Assembly (NCBI GenBank): GCA_965116025.1
Contig: OZ220480.1
Location: 448,001-512,000, forward strand
DNA: 64,000 nt
Source of the DNA: an uncultured candidatus Porisulfidus sp.
GTDB taxonomy: Bacteria > Pseudomonadota > Gammaproteobacteria > Poriferisulfidales > Poriferisulfidaceae
Direction: 5' to 3'
Part shown: piece after piece, positions 1 to 15,740 of the stretch
Position numbering within the stretch: position 1 is the first letter of the stretch
How the letters are laid out: every line of letters begins with the position of its first letter
Translations under genes and position numbers: made by a program
The notes under the pieces: generated by a model
Told to the model about the DNA's origin: nothing
The model's database searches: none
What the model saw: the letters and a program-made list of their open reading frames with translations, nothing else

Positions 1-622
1 CGCTGTAGTTCGCCACCAGAAAGGCGTACGCCACTCCCCGCGTTCGCAAGTCGAAGTGAAACACCAAGATCACGTCCAGCAGCATATTGACGACGTTGAT
101 CCACAGGGCCAAGCACAGCGGGGCTTTCGCGTTCCGCATCCCCAGACACCAGCCCCAGATCACCATATTCAGCAACACCGCCGGCATGCTCCAGATACTG
201 ATCTCGAAATACAGTCGAGAGCGCGAGTCGATCTCCTCCTCCAGAGCCAAAAAACCATAGCTGAACTCCTGTATGGGCTCCCTCAGAAGCAGCGCCGTCG
301 CCGAAATTAACGCGGCGGACAACAAGCCTCGCGACAGCGCCAAGCGAGTCTCGTCGGGATCATGCGATGCCTGCGCGGCCAGCGCGGTCGAGCTCATTCG
401 AAGGAACCCGAATCCCCAGAACAGCAACTGGATCAGGGACGACCCCACGGCTACCGCGCCCAAATAGTGGGCCGCGTCCAGATGCCCCATCACGAACGTG
501 TCGACCATCCCGAGCATCGGGGTGGCGAGCCCGGCCAGAGTCATCGGCCCGGCGATTCGCCACAAGCGCGCGTGGTCGTCCCGCGTCGGCAGGCGGGCGC
601 GAAGCGCCGCTGGCGAGATCAC
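1..622 (-). CDS. dinF: MATE family efflux transporter (DinF-like), 3' end outside window
   Basis: Not in the ORF track (partial). Manual minus-strand translation from GTG at 622 gives ...LWRIAGPMTLAGLATPMLGMVDTFVMGHLDAAHYLGAVAVG...GFLRMSSTALAAQ..., a typical DinF/MATE N-terminus; frame open to the window edge. Confidence 0.85.
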   Translation of the reverse strand, partial: MISPAALRARLPTRDDHARLWRIAGPMTLAGLATPMLGMVDTFVMGHLDAAHYLGAVAVGSSLIQLLFWGFGFLRMSSTALAAQASHDPDETRLALSRGLLSAALISATALLLREPIQEFSYGFLALEEEIDSRSRLYFEISIWSMPAVLLNMVIWGWCLGMRNAKAPLCLALWINVVNMLLDVILVFHFDLRTRGVAYAFLVANYS

Positions 623-728
623 GCCATTCCGCCGTTCCGGCCAGCTCTTCTACAATACGGGGTCATGCTTTTCTGGAACCCCGGCCGGCGCCATTCTGCG
701 AGGCGATGTCCAGAGAGATTTAGAGCCC

Positions 729-1349
729 ATGATGATCTGTCCGAGGGGATTGTACGCGCTGACTCCTGACGACTGCCCCGCCTTTCTTGAGCGCGTCGGG
801 AAAGCCATCGCGGGTGGCGCGCGCATGATTCAGTACCGTGACAAGACGGCATCCGCGGCGGAGCGCGGAGCGCGCGCGGAAGCTCTGCTCGCGCTGTGCC
901 GCTCGCGACGCGTTCCCTTGATCATCAACGACGACCTGGAACTGGCCCTCGCGCTGGACGCGGACGGCGCGCACCTTGGCGCGCGCGACGCGCCCATCCA
1001 TGAGGCCCGAAGCCGGTTCCCCCATGGATTGATCGGCGCCTCTTGCTACAATGATCTAGCGCGGGCCCGCGACGCCATCCAAGCGGGCGCTTCCTATGTG
1101 GCCTTCGGGAGTTTCCATGAGAGCGCGACGAAACCCGAAGCCGTGACCGCCCGACCCGATCTCCTGACTCGCGCGCGCCAAGAGCTGTCCGCCCCGATCT
1201 GCGCCATTGGAGGCATTCGCGCGGAGAACGCCGCTTCCATGATCCAGGCCGGCGCCAACTTGCTGGCGGTCAGCGGCGGAATCTTCTCGCGGCCGAACGT
1301 CGCCGCCGCCGCCCGCTCCATCGCGTCCAAGTTCCCGCCAGATGACTGA
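729..1349 (+). CDS. thiE: thiamine-phosphate synthase
   Basis: RGLYALT, IQYRDK, LIINDD, DGAHLG, GASCY, SATKP, CAIGGI motifs; start moved to ATG 729; overlaps hemL start. Confidence 0.93.
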   Translation: MMICPRGLYALTPDDCPAFLERVGKAIAGGARMIQYRDKTASAAERGARAEALLALCRSRRVPLIINDDLELALALDADGAHLGARDAPIHEARSRFPHGLIGASCYNDLARARDAIQAGASYVAFGSFHESATKPEAVTARPDLLTRARQELSAPICAIGGIRAENAASMIQAGANLLAVSGGIFSRPNVAAAARSIASKFPPDD

Positions 1350-2634
1350 TTCGCGCTGGTTCGACGCCGCGTCGCGCAGCATTCCCGGCGGCGTCAACTC
1401 TCCGGTCCGCGCCTTCGGCTCCGTCGGGGGAACCCCAGTATTCGTGCGGAGCGGAACGGGCGCCTATATCCGCGACGTGGAGGGACGCTCCTATCTTGAC
1501 TACGTCGGCGCCTGGGGACCGATGATCGTCGGACACGCGCACCCTTCCGTGCTGGAAAGCGTCAAGGGCGTGGCGGACCAGGGACTCTGCTTTGGCGCTC
1601 CCCATCCGCTGGAGACCGAGATGGCGGAAAAGCTCCGCCAGCGAATTCCTTCGTTGGAGAAGGTGCGCATGGTGAACTCCGGCACGGAAGCGACCATGAG
1701 CGCCATCCGGCTCGCGCGCGGGTTCACGGCGCGGGAGCGGATCGTCAAATTCGCGGGCTGCTACCACGGCCACGCGGACGCCCTGCTGGTGCAAGCCGGC
1801 TCTGGGGCCTTGACGCATGGCGTTCCCTCCTCGCCCGGCATTCCCGCGAGCGCGGTCGAGCATACCGATATCGCGCAATACAACGATGCCGAGGAGGTGC
1901 GGGCGATTTTCGCGGACCGGGGCGACCGGATCGCCGCGATCATCGTCGAGCCGATCGCGGGCAACATGGGATGCATCCTCCCGGAGCCGGGCTTTCTGGA
2001 AACCCTGCGGGATTGTTGCGATCAGCATGGCGGCCTCTTGATTTTCGACGAGGTGATGACTGGATTCCGAGTCGGGCCTGGCGGCGCGCAACAACGCTTC
2101 GGCATCACGCCGGATCTGACCACGCTTGGGAAAATCATTGGCGGCGGCCTTCCTGTAGGAGCGTTCGGAGGTCGCGCCGACGTGATGAACAGGCTAGCGC
2201 CCCTGGGCCCGGTCTATCAGGCCGGCACTTTATCTGGTAACCCTGTCACCATGGCGGCGGGGCTGGCGACGCTGAGTCTGACCGAGCGGGAAGGCTTCTA
2301 CGAGGAATTGGGCGAAAACGCAAGGCTCCTGACGCGAGGAATGCGCGAACAAGCCGCCGCGCGCGGCATTCCGCTCGAGATGGTCGAGGCAACCGGCATG
2401 TTCGGCGCGTTCTTCACGTCTGGGGGCCCGGTTCGCGGCTATGCCGACGCCACGGCATGTCGGGATGAGGATTATCGCCTCTTCTTCCACCATATGCTGA
2501 GGCAAGGAATTTACCTCGCCCCGTCCCGCTATGAGGCGGGGTTCCTGTCCAGCGCGCACACCCGGGAAGACATCGAGCGAACCATCGCGGCCGCTGGAGT
2601 CGCGTTCGACGCGATGCGAGGCGAGCGTCAGTGA
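1342..2634 (+). CDS. hemL: glutamate-1-semialdehyde 2,1-aminomutase
   Basis: IPGGVNSPVRAF, NSGTEATM, FDEVMTGFR, TLGKIIGGGLPVGA, YQAGTLSGNP. Confidence 0.97.
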   Translation: MTDSRWFDAASRSIPGGVNSPVRAFGSVGGTPVFVRSGTGAYIRDVEGRSYLDYVGAWGPMIVGHAHPSVLESVKGVADQGLCFGAPHPLETEMAEKLRQRIPSLEKVRMVNSGTEATMSAIRLARGFTARERIVKFAGCYHGHADALLVQAGSGALTHGVPSSPGIPASAVEHTDIAQYNDAEEVRAIFADRGDRIAAIIVEPIAGNMGCILPEPGFLETLRDCCDQHGGLLIFDEVMTGFRVGPGGAQQRFGITPDLTTLGKIIGGGLPVGAFGGRADVMNRLAPLGPVYQAGTLSGNPVTMAAGLATLSLTEREGFYEELGENARLLTRGMREQAAARGIPLEMVEATGMFGAFFTSGGPVRGYADATACRDEDYRLFFHHMLRQGIYLAPSRYEAGFLSSAHTREDIERTIAAAGVAFDAMRGERQ

Positions 2635-4436
2635 CGCTGTCCAGAATACAGCTTCGCGTACAGGCCGTCCTGGTCCAGCAACTGCCGCGGTTCGCCTTGC
2701 TCAATGATCTTTCCATCCTCCATAACGTACACATGGTCGGCATGCCTGACGGCGCTCAGGCGGTGCGCCACGATCAAGGTCGTGCGCCCTTGGAAACGGG
2801 CGAACAAATCGCGGTGCAGGCGATCCTCGATCCGCGTGTCCAGCATGGAAGTGGCCTCATCCAGAATCAGTATCTTCGGATCCATCAGCGTCGTCCGGGC
2901 GATCGAGAGACGTTGCCGCTGACCCCCCGAGAGCCGAACGCCGTCCACGCCGAGCTGGGTTTCCATCCCTCGCGGCAGCTCGCGCGCCCACTCCCGTAAC
3001 TGAGACACCCGCAGAGCCTCCCACAGCGCGTCGTCCGGGTGGTCCTGTCCCAAGGTCAGGTTCGATCGAAGCGTATCGTTGAACAACGTCGGGTGCTGGA
3101 GCGCGATCGCGACGTTGTCCCGGATCACGTCGAAGCCGATGTCCCGAGCGGGCCATTCCCCAAAGCGAATCTCTCCGGAGTCCGCCGGATACAGGCCGAG
3201 CAGTACCTGCATCAGCGTCGATTTCCCCGCGCCGCTGGCCCCCACGAACGCCACCTTCTCCCCCGCCGCCACCCGCAAGGTGACGCCGTTCAGGATCGGC
3301 CGTCCGGCGGTGAAGGAAAAACGCACGTCCCGAAGTTCCAGCGAGGTGGTGGAGACGCCGGCGAACGGGTCATGGACGCGAGCGTGGCGAGGCTCTTCCC
3401 GGAAGCGCGAAATTCGGTTGATCCGCCCCAGCGCGGCGGAAGCCGAATAGTAGGCGTACTGCACGCCAAGCAACTCCTGCACCGGCCCGATCATGAACCA
3501 GAGGTAGCCGAACACCGCCATCATTTGCCCGATGCTGAGATCGGAAAATACCACCATCAACATGCTCACCGCTCGGAAGATGTCGAACCCCAGAAGAAAC
3601 ACGGTGCCCGAGGCGCGGCCCGCCATCTCGCTCTTCCAGAAATAGGCGGTGGACCAGTCGCGCACGCCCCGGGCCTCGTCCATCACGCGGCGAATGTAAT
3701 GACGCTCCCGATTGTGCGCCCGAATCTGATGGATCCCGTCCAGGGTCTCGGTCAAGGCTTGCTGAAAATGCTCGATCGCCGAATTCTCTCGCTTCTTCAA
3801 TTCCTTGACTCGTCGCCCCAGCATGATCGTGAAGTAAATCACCAAGGGATTCATGCAGAGAATGAATAGCGCCAAACCCCAATGCAGCCAAAGCAGCACG
3901 GCCGCCGTTCCCGCGATGGTGAGGCAGGCGACCACGAACTTCCCGACGGTGACGGCCACGAAATCGTCGATGGTCTGGAGGTCGGTGACCAGATGGGCGG
4001 AGACCGTGCCGCTGCCCAGGGTCTCGTATTCGGACAGGGACGTTCTCTCAAGCCTTCGCAACAGCTGGCAACGTAGCCGGTAGACCATATCCTTGGAGAC
4101 GGTCGCCAGCTCTCGGACTTGCGCCGCGTGCAACAGGATCGAGATGACTCGCAACAGGACCGCGAGCAGCAGAACCGCGCCCACGTACAAGATCGGCCCA
4201 TGCCAAGATTCGGGCGACCACGCCTGAATCAGGGGAACCAAAAACTCCGGCTTCTCCAACAGGACCTCGTCCACTAGCAACGGCATGAGAAGCGGCAACG
4301 GCACGCTCGCGGCCGTGGCGCCGACCGCCACCAGATGCGCGCGGACCAATTGCTGGCGGTGATGCCGGGCCAGACGGACCAGGTAGCGGAGCGTGTATTC
4401 CGCGGGCGGCCCGCCGTCGGCGGGCTCCGTCGCCAT
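2628..4436 (-). CDS. ABC exporter, fused permease/ATP-binding protein
   Basis: N-terminal TM domain, Walker A GASGAGKST, signature LSGGQRQR, Walker B LILDEATS; start set at MATEP (4436) because the longer ORF overlaps the thioredoxin gene. Confidence 0.9.
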   Translation of the reverse strand: MATEPADGGPPAEYTLRYLVRLARHHRQQLVRAHLVAVGATAASVPLPLLMPLLVDEVLLEKPEFLVPLIQAWSPESWHGPILYVGAVLLLAVLLRVISILLHAAQVRELATVSKDMVYRLRCQLLRRLERTSLSEYETLGSGTVSAHLVTDLQTIDDFVAVTVGKFVVACLTIAGTAAVLLWLHWGLALFILCMNPLVIYFTIMLGRRVKELKKRENSAIEHFQQALTETLDGIHQIRAHNRERHYIRRVMDEARGVRDWSTAYFWKSEMAGRASGTVFLLGFDIFRAVSMLMVVFSDLSIGQMMAVFGYLWFMIGPVQELLGVQYAYYSASAALGRINRISRFREEPRHARVHDPFAGVSTTSLELRDVRFSFTAGRPILNGVTLRVAAGEKVAFVGASGAGKSTLMQVLLGLYPADSGEIRFGEWPARDIGFDVIRDNVAIALQHPTLFNDTLRSNLTLGQDHPDDALWEALRVSQLREWARELPRGMETQLGVDGVRLSGGQRQRLSIARTTLMDPKILILDEATSMLDTRIEDRLHRDLFARFQGRTTLIVAHRLSAVRHADHVYVMEDGKIIEQGEPRQLLDQDGLYAKLYSGQRH

Positions 4437-4438
4437 GT

Positions 4439-4804
4439 TCATGAAGCGGAGCGCTTCTGGATTTGGTCGTAAATCGGCCGCATGTCCAGCTCGCGCGCCT
4501 TCTGGATCAGAGCCTCCAGGTACGCGATGGACAACGCCCCAGGTTGCGCGAACAGCTGAATCCGCTCTCGGAACAGCATGAGCGTGGGGATGGATCGGAT
4601 CCCGAACGCGCGCGCCAGCTCCACCTGCTCCTCGGTGTTGATCTTCCCGAACACGATTTCCGGGTGACTCTTCGACACCCTCTCGAACACCGGCGAGAAG
4701 CTCCTGCACGGCCCGCACCATTCGGCCCAGAAATCCACTACCACGATATCGTTTCCGTCTATGACGCTCGTGAAGTTTTCCTTGGTCAGCTCAATGGCGC
4801 TCAT
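4439..4804 (-). CDS. trxA: thioredoxin
   Basis: VVDFWAEWCGPC active site, GIRSIPT. Confidence 0.9.
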   Translation of the reverse strand: MSAIELTKENFTSVIDGNDIVVVDFWAEWCGPCRSFSPVFERVSKSHPEIVFGKINTEEQVELARAFGIRSIPTLMLFRERIQLFAQPGALSIAYLEALIQKARELDMRPIYDQIQKRSAS

Positions 4805-4826
4805 GGAGTTTCCACGCTTGATTCCG

Positions 4827-6173
4827 TCACAAGCGCGATTCCAGATATCGGCAAACGCCTGACCCGGCGCGGTTGCTCATGACCAGGACGACCCCGTCGG
4901 GCGCGAGTCGCTCGCGAATCCGCGCCTCCAGGTCCGCGAGGTCCGTCGTGACGCCAAGCTTCCCGTGGGCCCGCCCCCACTCCGCGACATCCCACCGCGT
5001 CTCCAGCGACGCATGCACCCAGCTTCGGTCCGCCCCCTCCAGCGCCTCGGCGAGAGAATCCTGATGCGCCCCCAGCCGCATGCTGTTCGAGGCCAGCTCG
5101 ACGACCGCCAGAATTTGTCGATCCGGGTGATTCCCTCGCACCGCTTCGATGCTGGCGCGAATTTCCGTGGGGTGATGGGCGAAATCGTCATACAGGCAAA
5201 TCTCTCCATTCCGGGCGGAGCGCTGGGTCAGTCGGCGCGAGACTCCCTCGAAAGAGCCTAGCGCGTCCGCTGCCGTCTGGACCGAGACTCCCGCTCTCGC
5301 CGCCGCCGCCACGGCGGCCGTGGCGTTCAGCGCGTTGTGCGCTCCCACAGGTCGATGCCCCCGAGCCACGTGGCGCCCCCCGCCATGAAGAACCTCCAGC
5401 TCTTCGCCCGGACGCCATTGGCAGCGCCAGTCGCTGTCCTCCTCAAAGCCAAACGTCTCCACCGGAGTCCAGCAGCCCATCTCCAGAACTTCCCGAAGAT
5501 TCCGGTCTCCCGCCCGGCACAGGACGCGGCCCTCTCCCGGAACCGTGCGCAACAAGTGATGAAACTGGCGCTGGATGGCGGCCAGATTCTCGAAGATGTC
5601 CGCGTGGTCGTATTCCAGGTTGGTCAGGATCAAGGTTCGCGGACGGTAATGCACGAACTTCGAGCGCTTGTCGAAGAACGCCGTATCGTATTCGTCCGCC
5701 TCGATCACGAAGCAGGGCGGTCGCCCGGCCTGGGCGCTTTTCCGCGTCCGCGCGGGCACCCCTCCGATCAAATACCCTGGAGACAGGCCCGCTTCCGTAA
5801 GGATATGCGCCAGCATCGCGCTGGTGGTGGTCTTGCCGTGCGTGCCCGCCACCGCCAGCACATGGCGCTCATGCAGCAAATGATCGCGCAGCCATTGCGG
5901 ACCCGAGACATAGGGGATGGAGCTGTTCAGCAGCTTCTCGATGATCGGGTGCCCCCGACTCATCACGTTGCCGACGACCACGCGATCCGGGGCCGGCCGC
6001 AAGCGCGACCATTCGTAGCCCACCTCGCACTCCACGCCAGCCTTCTCCAGCTGGACGCTCATGGGGGGGTGCAGAGCCTCGTCGGAGCCGGTCACCCGGT
6101 GCCCGAGCTCGGAGGCGATCCGGGCGACGCCGGCCATGAAGCTTCCGGCCACGCCCAAGATGTGAAGATGCAC
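4827..6173 (-). CDS. mpl: UDP-N-acetylmuramate:L-alanyl-gamma-D-glutamyl-meso-diaminopimelate ligase
   Basis: HLHILGVAGSFM, VAGTHGKTTT, IEADEYDTAFFDKRSKF, YDDFAHHPT. Confidence 0.95.
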   Translation of the reverse strand: MHLHILGVAGSFMAGVARIASELGHRVTGSDEALHPPMSVQLEKAGVECEVGYEWSRLRPAPDRVVVGNVMSRGHPIIEKLLNSSIPYVSGPQWLRDHLLHERHVLAVAGTHGKTTTSAMLAHILTEAGLSPGYLIGGVPARTRKSAQAGRPPCFVIEADEYDTAFFDKRSKFVHYRPRTLILTNLEYDHADIFENLAAIQRQFHHLLRTVPGEGRVLCRAGDRNLREVLEMGCWTPVETFGFEEDSDWRCQWRPGEELEVLHGGGRHVARGHRPVGAHNALNATAAVAAAARAGVSVQTAADALGSFEGVSRRLTQRSARNGEICLYDDFAHHPTEIRASIEAVRGNHPDRQILAVVELASNSMRLGAHQDSLAEALEGADRSWVHASLETRWDVAEWGRAHGKLGVTTDLADLEARIRERLAPDGVVLVMSNRAGSGVCRYLESRL

Positions 6174-6192
6174 GCCGACCGGATCTCGCCGC

Positions 6193-6957
6193 CTATCTGG
6201 CGAACACCCACTCCGTTTCCGTCGACATCTCCGGGGCGTGCCGGTAGCCCTCCTCGGCGAATCCAGTGATCTCGTCCACCGATGTCAGGCGATTCTTGAC
6301 GATGTAGCGGGTCATCATGCCGCGCGCCTTTTTGGCGAACAGCGCGATCACCCGGTATCGCCCCTCCTTGCGCTCCTTGAACACCGGGGTGATGACTGAA
6401 ACGCCAAGGGACTCCGAACGCACCGCCTTGAAATACTCTCGCGACGCGAGGTTGACCAACGGCGGGCCGTTTTGGCCCGACATGGCGTCGCGGACGCCCT
6501 CGGTAATCCGATCACCCCAGAACTGGTACAGATTATCGCCGCGCTCCGTGCCCAGACGCGCGCCCATCTCCAAACGATACGGCTGGATCAGATCCAGCGG
6601 GCGTAGCAGACCGTACAGGCCAGACAGAATGCGCACGTGCTTCTGGGCGAACGTCAGGTCCTGCCGCGTGAAATCGTCCGCCCCCAGTCCCGTGTAGACA
6701 TCCCCCTTGAAGGCGAGCGCGGCCGGTCGCGCGTTGTCCACGGTGAAGGGCGTTTTCCACTGCTGGAAGCGCTCGAAGTTCAGGTCGGCGAGTTTCATGC
6801 TCACGCGCATCAGCTCCGCGATATCGATCGGCGACAGTTCTCGAAGGCGACGAATCAACTGGCGAGATTCTCTTAGATGGCCCGGTTGCGTGCAGATCGC
6901 GGCATCCGCGGGAGCGTCCGGATCCAGCGTTTTTGAGGGAGAAAGAACGACGAGCAT
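6193..6957 (-). CDS. yaaA: peroxide stress protein YaaA (UPF0246)
   Basis: MLVVLSPSKTLD, FKGDVYTGL, LSGLYGLLRPLDLIQPYRLEMG, NLASREY, AKKARG. Confidence 0.95.
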   Translation of the reverse strand: MLVVLSPSKTLDPDAPADAAICTQPGHLRESRQLIRRLRELSPIDIAELMRVSMKLADLNFERFQQWKTPFTVDNARPAALAFKGDVYTGLGADDFTRQDLTFAQKHVRILSGLYGLLRPLDLIQPYRLEMGARLGTERGDNLYQFWGDRITEGVRDAMSGQNGPPLVNLASREYFKAVRSESLGVSVITPVFKERKEGRYRVIALFAKKARGMMTRYIVKNRLTSVDEITGFAEEGYRHAPEMSTETEWVFAR

Positions 6958-6991
6958 GAACGACATCACCAGCGCGCTGTGGAAACTCCGA

Positions 6992-11078
<4,087 letters not shown>

Positions 11079-11086
<8 letters not shown>

Positions 11087-14000
11087 GATCCATCTCCGCC
11101 CGCTCGACCATCTCCATGGCCTGCGCCACGTTCACGCTGACCAGCCGAGACACGCCCGGCTCGTGCATGGTCACCCCAATCAACTGGTCAACGTGCTCCA
11201 TGGTGATCTTGTTGTGCGTGACGATGATGAACTGAATGCGGTCGCCCATCTCGCCGACGATCCGGCAGAAACGCGACAGATTGTCGTCCGACAGCGGGGC
11301 GTCCACCTCGTCCAGGATGCAGAACGGGGCCGGGTTCAGCAAGAACAGGGACAGAACCAGCGACACGGCCACCATCGCCTGCTCCCCCCCGGACAGCATA
11401 TGCATGTTGCGATAGCGTTTCCCCGGAGGCCGCGCCCGCACCTCGACGCCCGCGCTCAGGGGGTTCTGGTCGGTCATCACCAGACTGGCCTCGCCGCCCT
11501 CGCCGATGATGCGCGGAAACGTCCGTTTCAGGTTCTCGTTAACCTGGCCGAACGTGCGACGAAAACGCTCGCGCGTCTCGCTGTCGATCCGCGCCATGGC
11601 GCGGTTCAGCTTCTCCAGCGCCTCGCGCACGTCGCCCAGACGCTCCTCTTCTCGGGTTTTCTGCTCCATCAGCTCGTCGTACTCCCGCGCCGCCGCCATG
11701 TTGACCGGGGGCATTCTCTCGAGCTTGCCCAAAACTCTGGACACCTTGGCCTCCCACCGCGCGGCCTCGGCGTCTTCCGGCAAGGTCTTCAGAATCTCCT
11801 CGGGATCGAGTTCCTGCTCCCGTAGCCGGCCCAGCAGCTGCTCGCAGACTCCCTGGATCTCCCGCCGCTTCAAATCCTCGTCGTGCAAGTCCTTTCCCAA
11901 ATCCAAAAATTTTCGATTCGCCTCCCAACGCTCGCGGTCCAACTCGCCCAGCTCGTCGCTCAGCCGGTCCAGCTCGGACCGCCGTTCCCGCAAATCTCGC
12001 TCGGCCTCCCGCTCCTTCGTCCGATTGGCTTTCAGCCGCCGCGCCAGATCCGCGTCCTCCTCGACCGAGGCCAGACTCCGAGTCAATTCGCTTCGCCGCT
12101 CGCGGCACCGCCGCAACGCGTCGCTCTCGCGCGCCAGCCGTTGCTGATGCGCCTCGATCCGCGCGCGCGCCGTGTGGGTCTCCAGCTGCAGCCGGTTGCA
12201 TTCCTCGGACTGCCGCCGAAGATCCTCGTCGCTTTCCCGCAAAACCGCCTCCGCGGCGGCCCGCGCCTCCTCCGCGCGGACGCGGTCCCGCTCCAAAGAC
12301 TGGATTTCGGATTCGCGCTGACGCGCCCGGCTTTGGGACAGCCGAACGTTCTTCCGCAACTCCTCCAGCCGGCCGGCTTGGCTTTCCCAGCCCTGCAGGC
12401 GCGCCTTGCTGGAGGCGAACGCCTCGAAGGCTTGATCGTACTCAGCCTGCAGGGCGGAGCGCCGCTCCTCTCGTTCTCGCAGCTCCTTCTCGGCCGCCCG
12501 CTCGCGCCGCTCGAGATCCCGAGATTCGGTTTCCATCCGTCTCAGCGCGCCGCTCAGCGAATCGATTTCGCGCCGGCGCTCCAGAGCCCCTGCCGCCAGC
12601 CCCTCGGCGGCGGGAAACCGCGCCCAGTGCGACCCCATCCAGACTCCGTCCCGGGTGATGACCGACTGGCGCGGCCGCAACGAGTTCCGCGCGGCGCGCG
12701 CCTCCTCCAGGGTCTCGACGGCCAGAACGTCGCCCAGCTGGGGAACGAGCGAGAAGGGACTCTCGACCCGACTCGCCAGCGACGCGCGGTCCGGCTCGCT
12801 CTCTGTTCGCGACGAGCGATCCAGAAGCGTCAGCGCGCGCGCGCCGGGCACGCGCGTCTCGGGAAACGTCTCCGGCAATTCGTCCACGCAGAAGGCGCCC
12901 AGGCTCTCGGCCAGAACGGTCTCCACCGCGAACTCCCAGCCGCTTTCCACCTTGATCTGGTCCATTAGGAGCTTCCCTTGCAAGCGCATCCCCTCAAGAA
13001 CTTTCGCGTGCGCGGCCGCGTCGCCCGCCAGGCTGGCCTGCTGCAAGGCCTCCAGCGAGGCCAAGCGCCCTTGCGCCCGGGTCTGATCCTCGCGCAGCGC
13101 GGCCAAGGCCTCCTCGCGCCGCCGCAGTTCCGCGCGCGCCTTCTCCGCTTGATCCCGGTTCTCTTCCAGTAGATCCTTGCGCCGTCGCCACGCGACGCGC
13201 GCGGCCTCATTCCGGCTCTCCAGCGCGGCGCGCGGATCCTCGCCCTCCTCCACCGCGATTCCCGCTTCCCGCATATGCCGCAACTCGTCCTCGTACTGCC
13301 GTAGCTGGGTCTCTTCCTTGGTCCGGTCCTCGCGGCCGCGGCCGATCCGCTCGCGAATCTCGTCGGACCGCTCTTGGCGCGCGCGCAGGGCCGTCGCGCG
13401 CTTCGCTCTCAGGGCCTCCGCCTTCTCCTGGGCGGCCCGGACCTCGGACCATTCCCGATCATTCCGGTCGCGCTCCTCCTCAAGGCGTCGCAGCTCCTCT
13501 CGAACCTTCTTTCCGCTCTCCTCCAGCTCGGCGATTTCCGCGTCCAGCCGCTCGATCTCCCGGGTGGACCGGTCCCGCTGATCGCGCCGCGCGCGGATCC
13601 GCTGCTCTTGGGAAGTCGCCTCCGCCAGCAATCGCTGGTGGAGCGTCACCGCGTCATCCGTGGACCGTCGCGTCGCGTCGCATTCCGCGCGCTTGGCCTC
13701 CAGGCTCTCGTTCAGCGCTTTCAGCCTGGCCTCCTCCGCGTCGCGCCTTTTCTCGGCCTCGGCGTACGTCTCTTCCCGCTTTCGCAGAATCTCGCGCCGC
13801 TCCCGCAGCTGCAGACTCACCCACTCGCCCTCGCGCGCGCGGCGCTCCCGATGCAGGGCCTCCTGCTCGCTCGCCTGCTCTTTTTGTCGCTTCAGATGCC
13901 GCAAGCGGCGCTCGTGCTCCTTCAGGATGTCGCCCAACCGATCCAGATTCTCCTCGGCGCGGCGAATCCGATTCTCGGTCTCCCGGCGCCGCTCGCGATA

Positions 14001-14519
14001 CAGGGAGATCCCAGCCGCCTCCTCGATATATCGGCGCGCCTCGTCGGGCTTGGCCTCGATCAGCCCCTGCACCATGCCCTGGGCGATGACGGCGTAGTTG
14101 CCCCGCCCCAGGCCGGTGCCCTGAAAAAGATCGGCGACGTCCTTGCGCCGGACATGGGCGCCGTTGATGTAGTAGCGGGACTGGCTCTCCGCGCTCCGCG
14201 ACGCCTCGCGACGGATCCGGATCTCGCTGAACCCCGCGTATTCGCCGCCGACCCGCCCGAGGCTGTTGTCGATCACCACCTCGACCGAAGCCTGGTCCAA
14301 CCGTTTTCGGGAGTCAGAGCCGTCGAAGATGATGTCGTCCAGGGTCTCGCCCCGGAGGTTGCGCGCGCGCTCTCCCAGCACCCAGCGAATGGCGTCGATG
14401 ATGTTGGACTTGCCGCAACCGTTGGGGCCGACCACGCCCGTCAGCGGGTGATCGAAGGCGACCCGGGTCGGCTCCACGAAGGACTTGAACCCGGACATCT
14501 GGATGCTGGTGAGGCGCAT
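11079..14519 (-). CDS. smc: chromosome segregation protein SMC
   Basis: GFKSF, GPNGCGKSN, long coiled coils with hinge, LSGGE, ILDEVDAPL. Confidence 0.97.
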
Positions 14520-14598
14520 CTCAGATTCAACCCTATATTAGAATGGGAACGACCGCGTCATCATTCGGGGCGGAAAATCGACTCGGGAGCGGCGCCCC

Positions 14599-14997
14599 TT
14601 GACTGCCCAGCCATCCAAAACGCTTGAGACTTTCGACAACCCGGAGCCCGGGCGGGATTATACCATTCGCCTGGAAATCCCGGAGTTCACGTGCCTGTGC
14701 CCGCTGACCGGGCAACCCGACTTCGCGGCGCTGACCCTGGAGTACGTCCCGGACGGGCTGTGCGTCGAGCTCAAGTCTCTGAAGGGATATTTCTGGTCGT
14801 TTCGGGACGAGGGCGCGTTTCACGAGACCGTCACCAACCGGATCCTCAGCGATCTGGCCGAGACCCTTTCTCCCCGTTTTCTGCGGGTGCGCGCCGCGTT
14901 CCGGGTACGCGGCGGCATCACCACCACGGTCGTCGCGGAGCGCCGAAAAGAAGGCTGGATCGCGCCTGAGCCCGTCTCCCTCCCGCCAGCGCGATGA
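14599..14997 (+). CDS. queF: preQ1 synthase (7-cyano-7-deazaguanine reductase), short form
   Basis: [30 protein letters not shown]. Confidence 0.93.
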   Translation: MTAQPSKTLETFDNPEPGRDYTIRLEIPEFTCLCPLTGQPDFAALTLEYVPDGLCVELKSLKGYFWSFRDEGAFHETVTNRILSDLAETLSPRFLRVRAAFRVRGGITTTVVAERRKEGWIAPEPVSLPPAR

Positions 14998-15725
14998 CGA
15001 GCTTCCTGATCGGCTTCGCCTATCCGTGGCGCGGCCTCGGCGTCTTGTTGCGGCCTCGCCTGCGCGCGCTGGTATGGTGGCCGATCGCCATCAACGCCGC
15101 GTTGTTCTCCGCGGCGTTCTATTTTCTGGCCGTGCGAGTCCACGCGTGGTTCGACGATCTCCTGCCCGCGTGGCTGGGGTGGCTGGAATGGTTGCTGTGG
15201 CCGCTGTTCATCCTGTTCGCGCTGGTCACCACCTTATTCGCCTTCGCCCGCGTCGCCAATCTGGTCGCCGTGCCATTCAACGCCCGCCTCTGCCGCGCGC
15301 TCATGCGGACGCGACCGGACGACCCCCTGACGCGGGCGGCGGAGAAGCAAACCTGGCGCGACGACTTTCGGCTCATCGTGAACGAGGTGGTGAAGCTAGC
15401 GTTCTTTCTCGCGTGGTTCCTCCCCCTGCTCGCCTTGTCTCTCCTCCCCTTCGTCGGCCTCCTCGGCAAGGCGGCGCTGCTGTACTTCGGAATCTACTGG
15501 TACGCCGTGGAATACCTGGACTATCCGTTCGGCGAGGCCGGAACGCCCCTGCGGAAACTGCGGGCGCGAATGAGGCGAATGGGAATCGTGACCCTCGGAT
15601 TCGGAGCCGGGCAAATGCTCCTCACCCTGACCCCGGTCCTGAATCTTGCGGCCATTCCTGCCGGCGTGGTCGGCGCCACCCGGCTTTGCCAAGACCGCCC
15701 TCTCGACTCTACCCAATCGGACTGA
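14994..15725 (+). CDS. cysZ: CysZ/EI24-domain membrane protein
   Basis: [46 protein letters not shown]...GAT. Confidence 0.85.
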   Translation: MTSFLIGFAYPWRGLGVLLRPRLRALVWWPIAINAALFSAAFYFLAVRVHAWFDDLLPAWLGWLEWLLWPLFILFALVTTLFAFARVANLVAVPFNARLCRALMRTRPDDPLTRAAEKQTWRDDFRLIVNEVVKLAFFLAWFLPLLALSLLPFVGLLGKAALLYFGIYWYAVEYLDYPFGEAGTPLRKLRARMRRMGIVTLGFGAGQMLLTLTPVLNLAAIPAGVVGATRLCQDRPLDSTQSD

Positions 15726-15740
15726 GTCGAGCGCGGGACC

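Noticed and set aside
4437-4721. N-terminal extension of the ABC transporter ORF; likewise the long starts for hisS, bamB, pilD, pgeF and several T4SS ORFs
   Set aside because: They overlap upstream genes in another frame; downstream starts with stop/start coupling fit better
14599-14997. Short single-domain QueF in a gammaproteobacterium-like genome
   Set aside because: A known QueF class, not unusual
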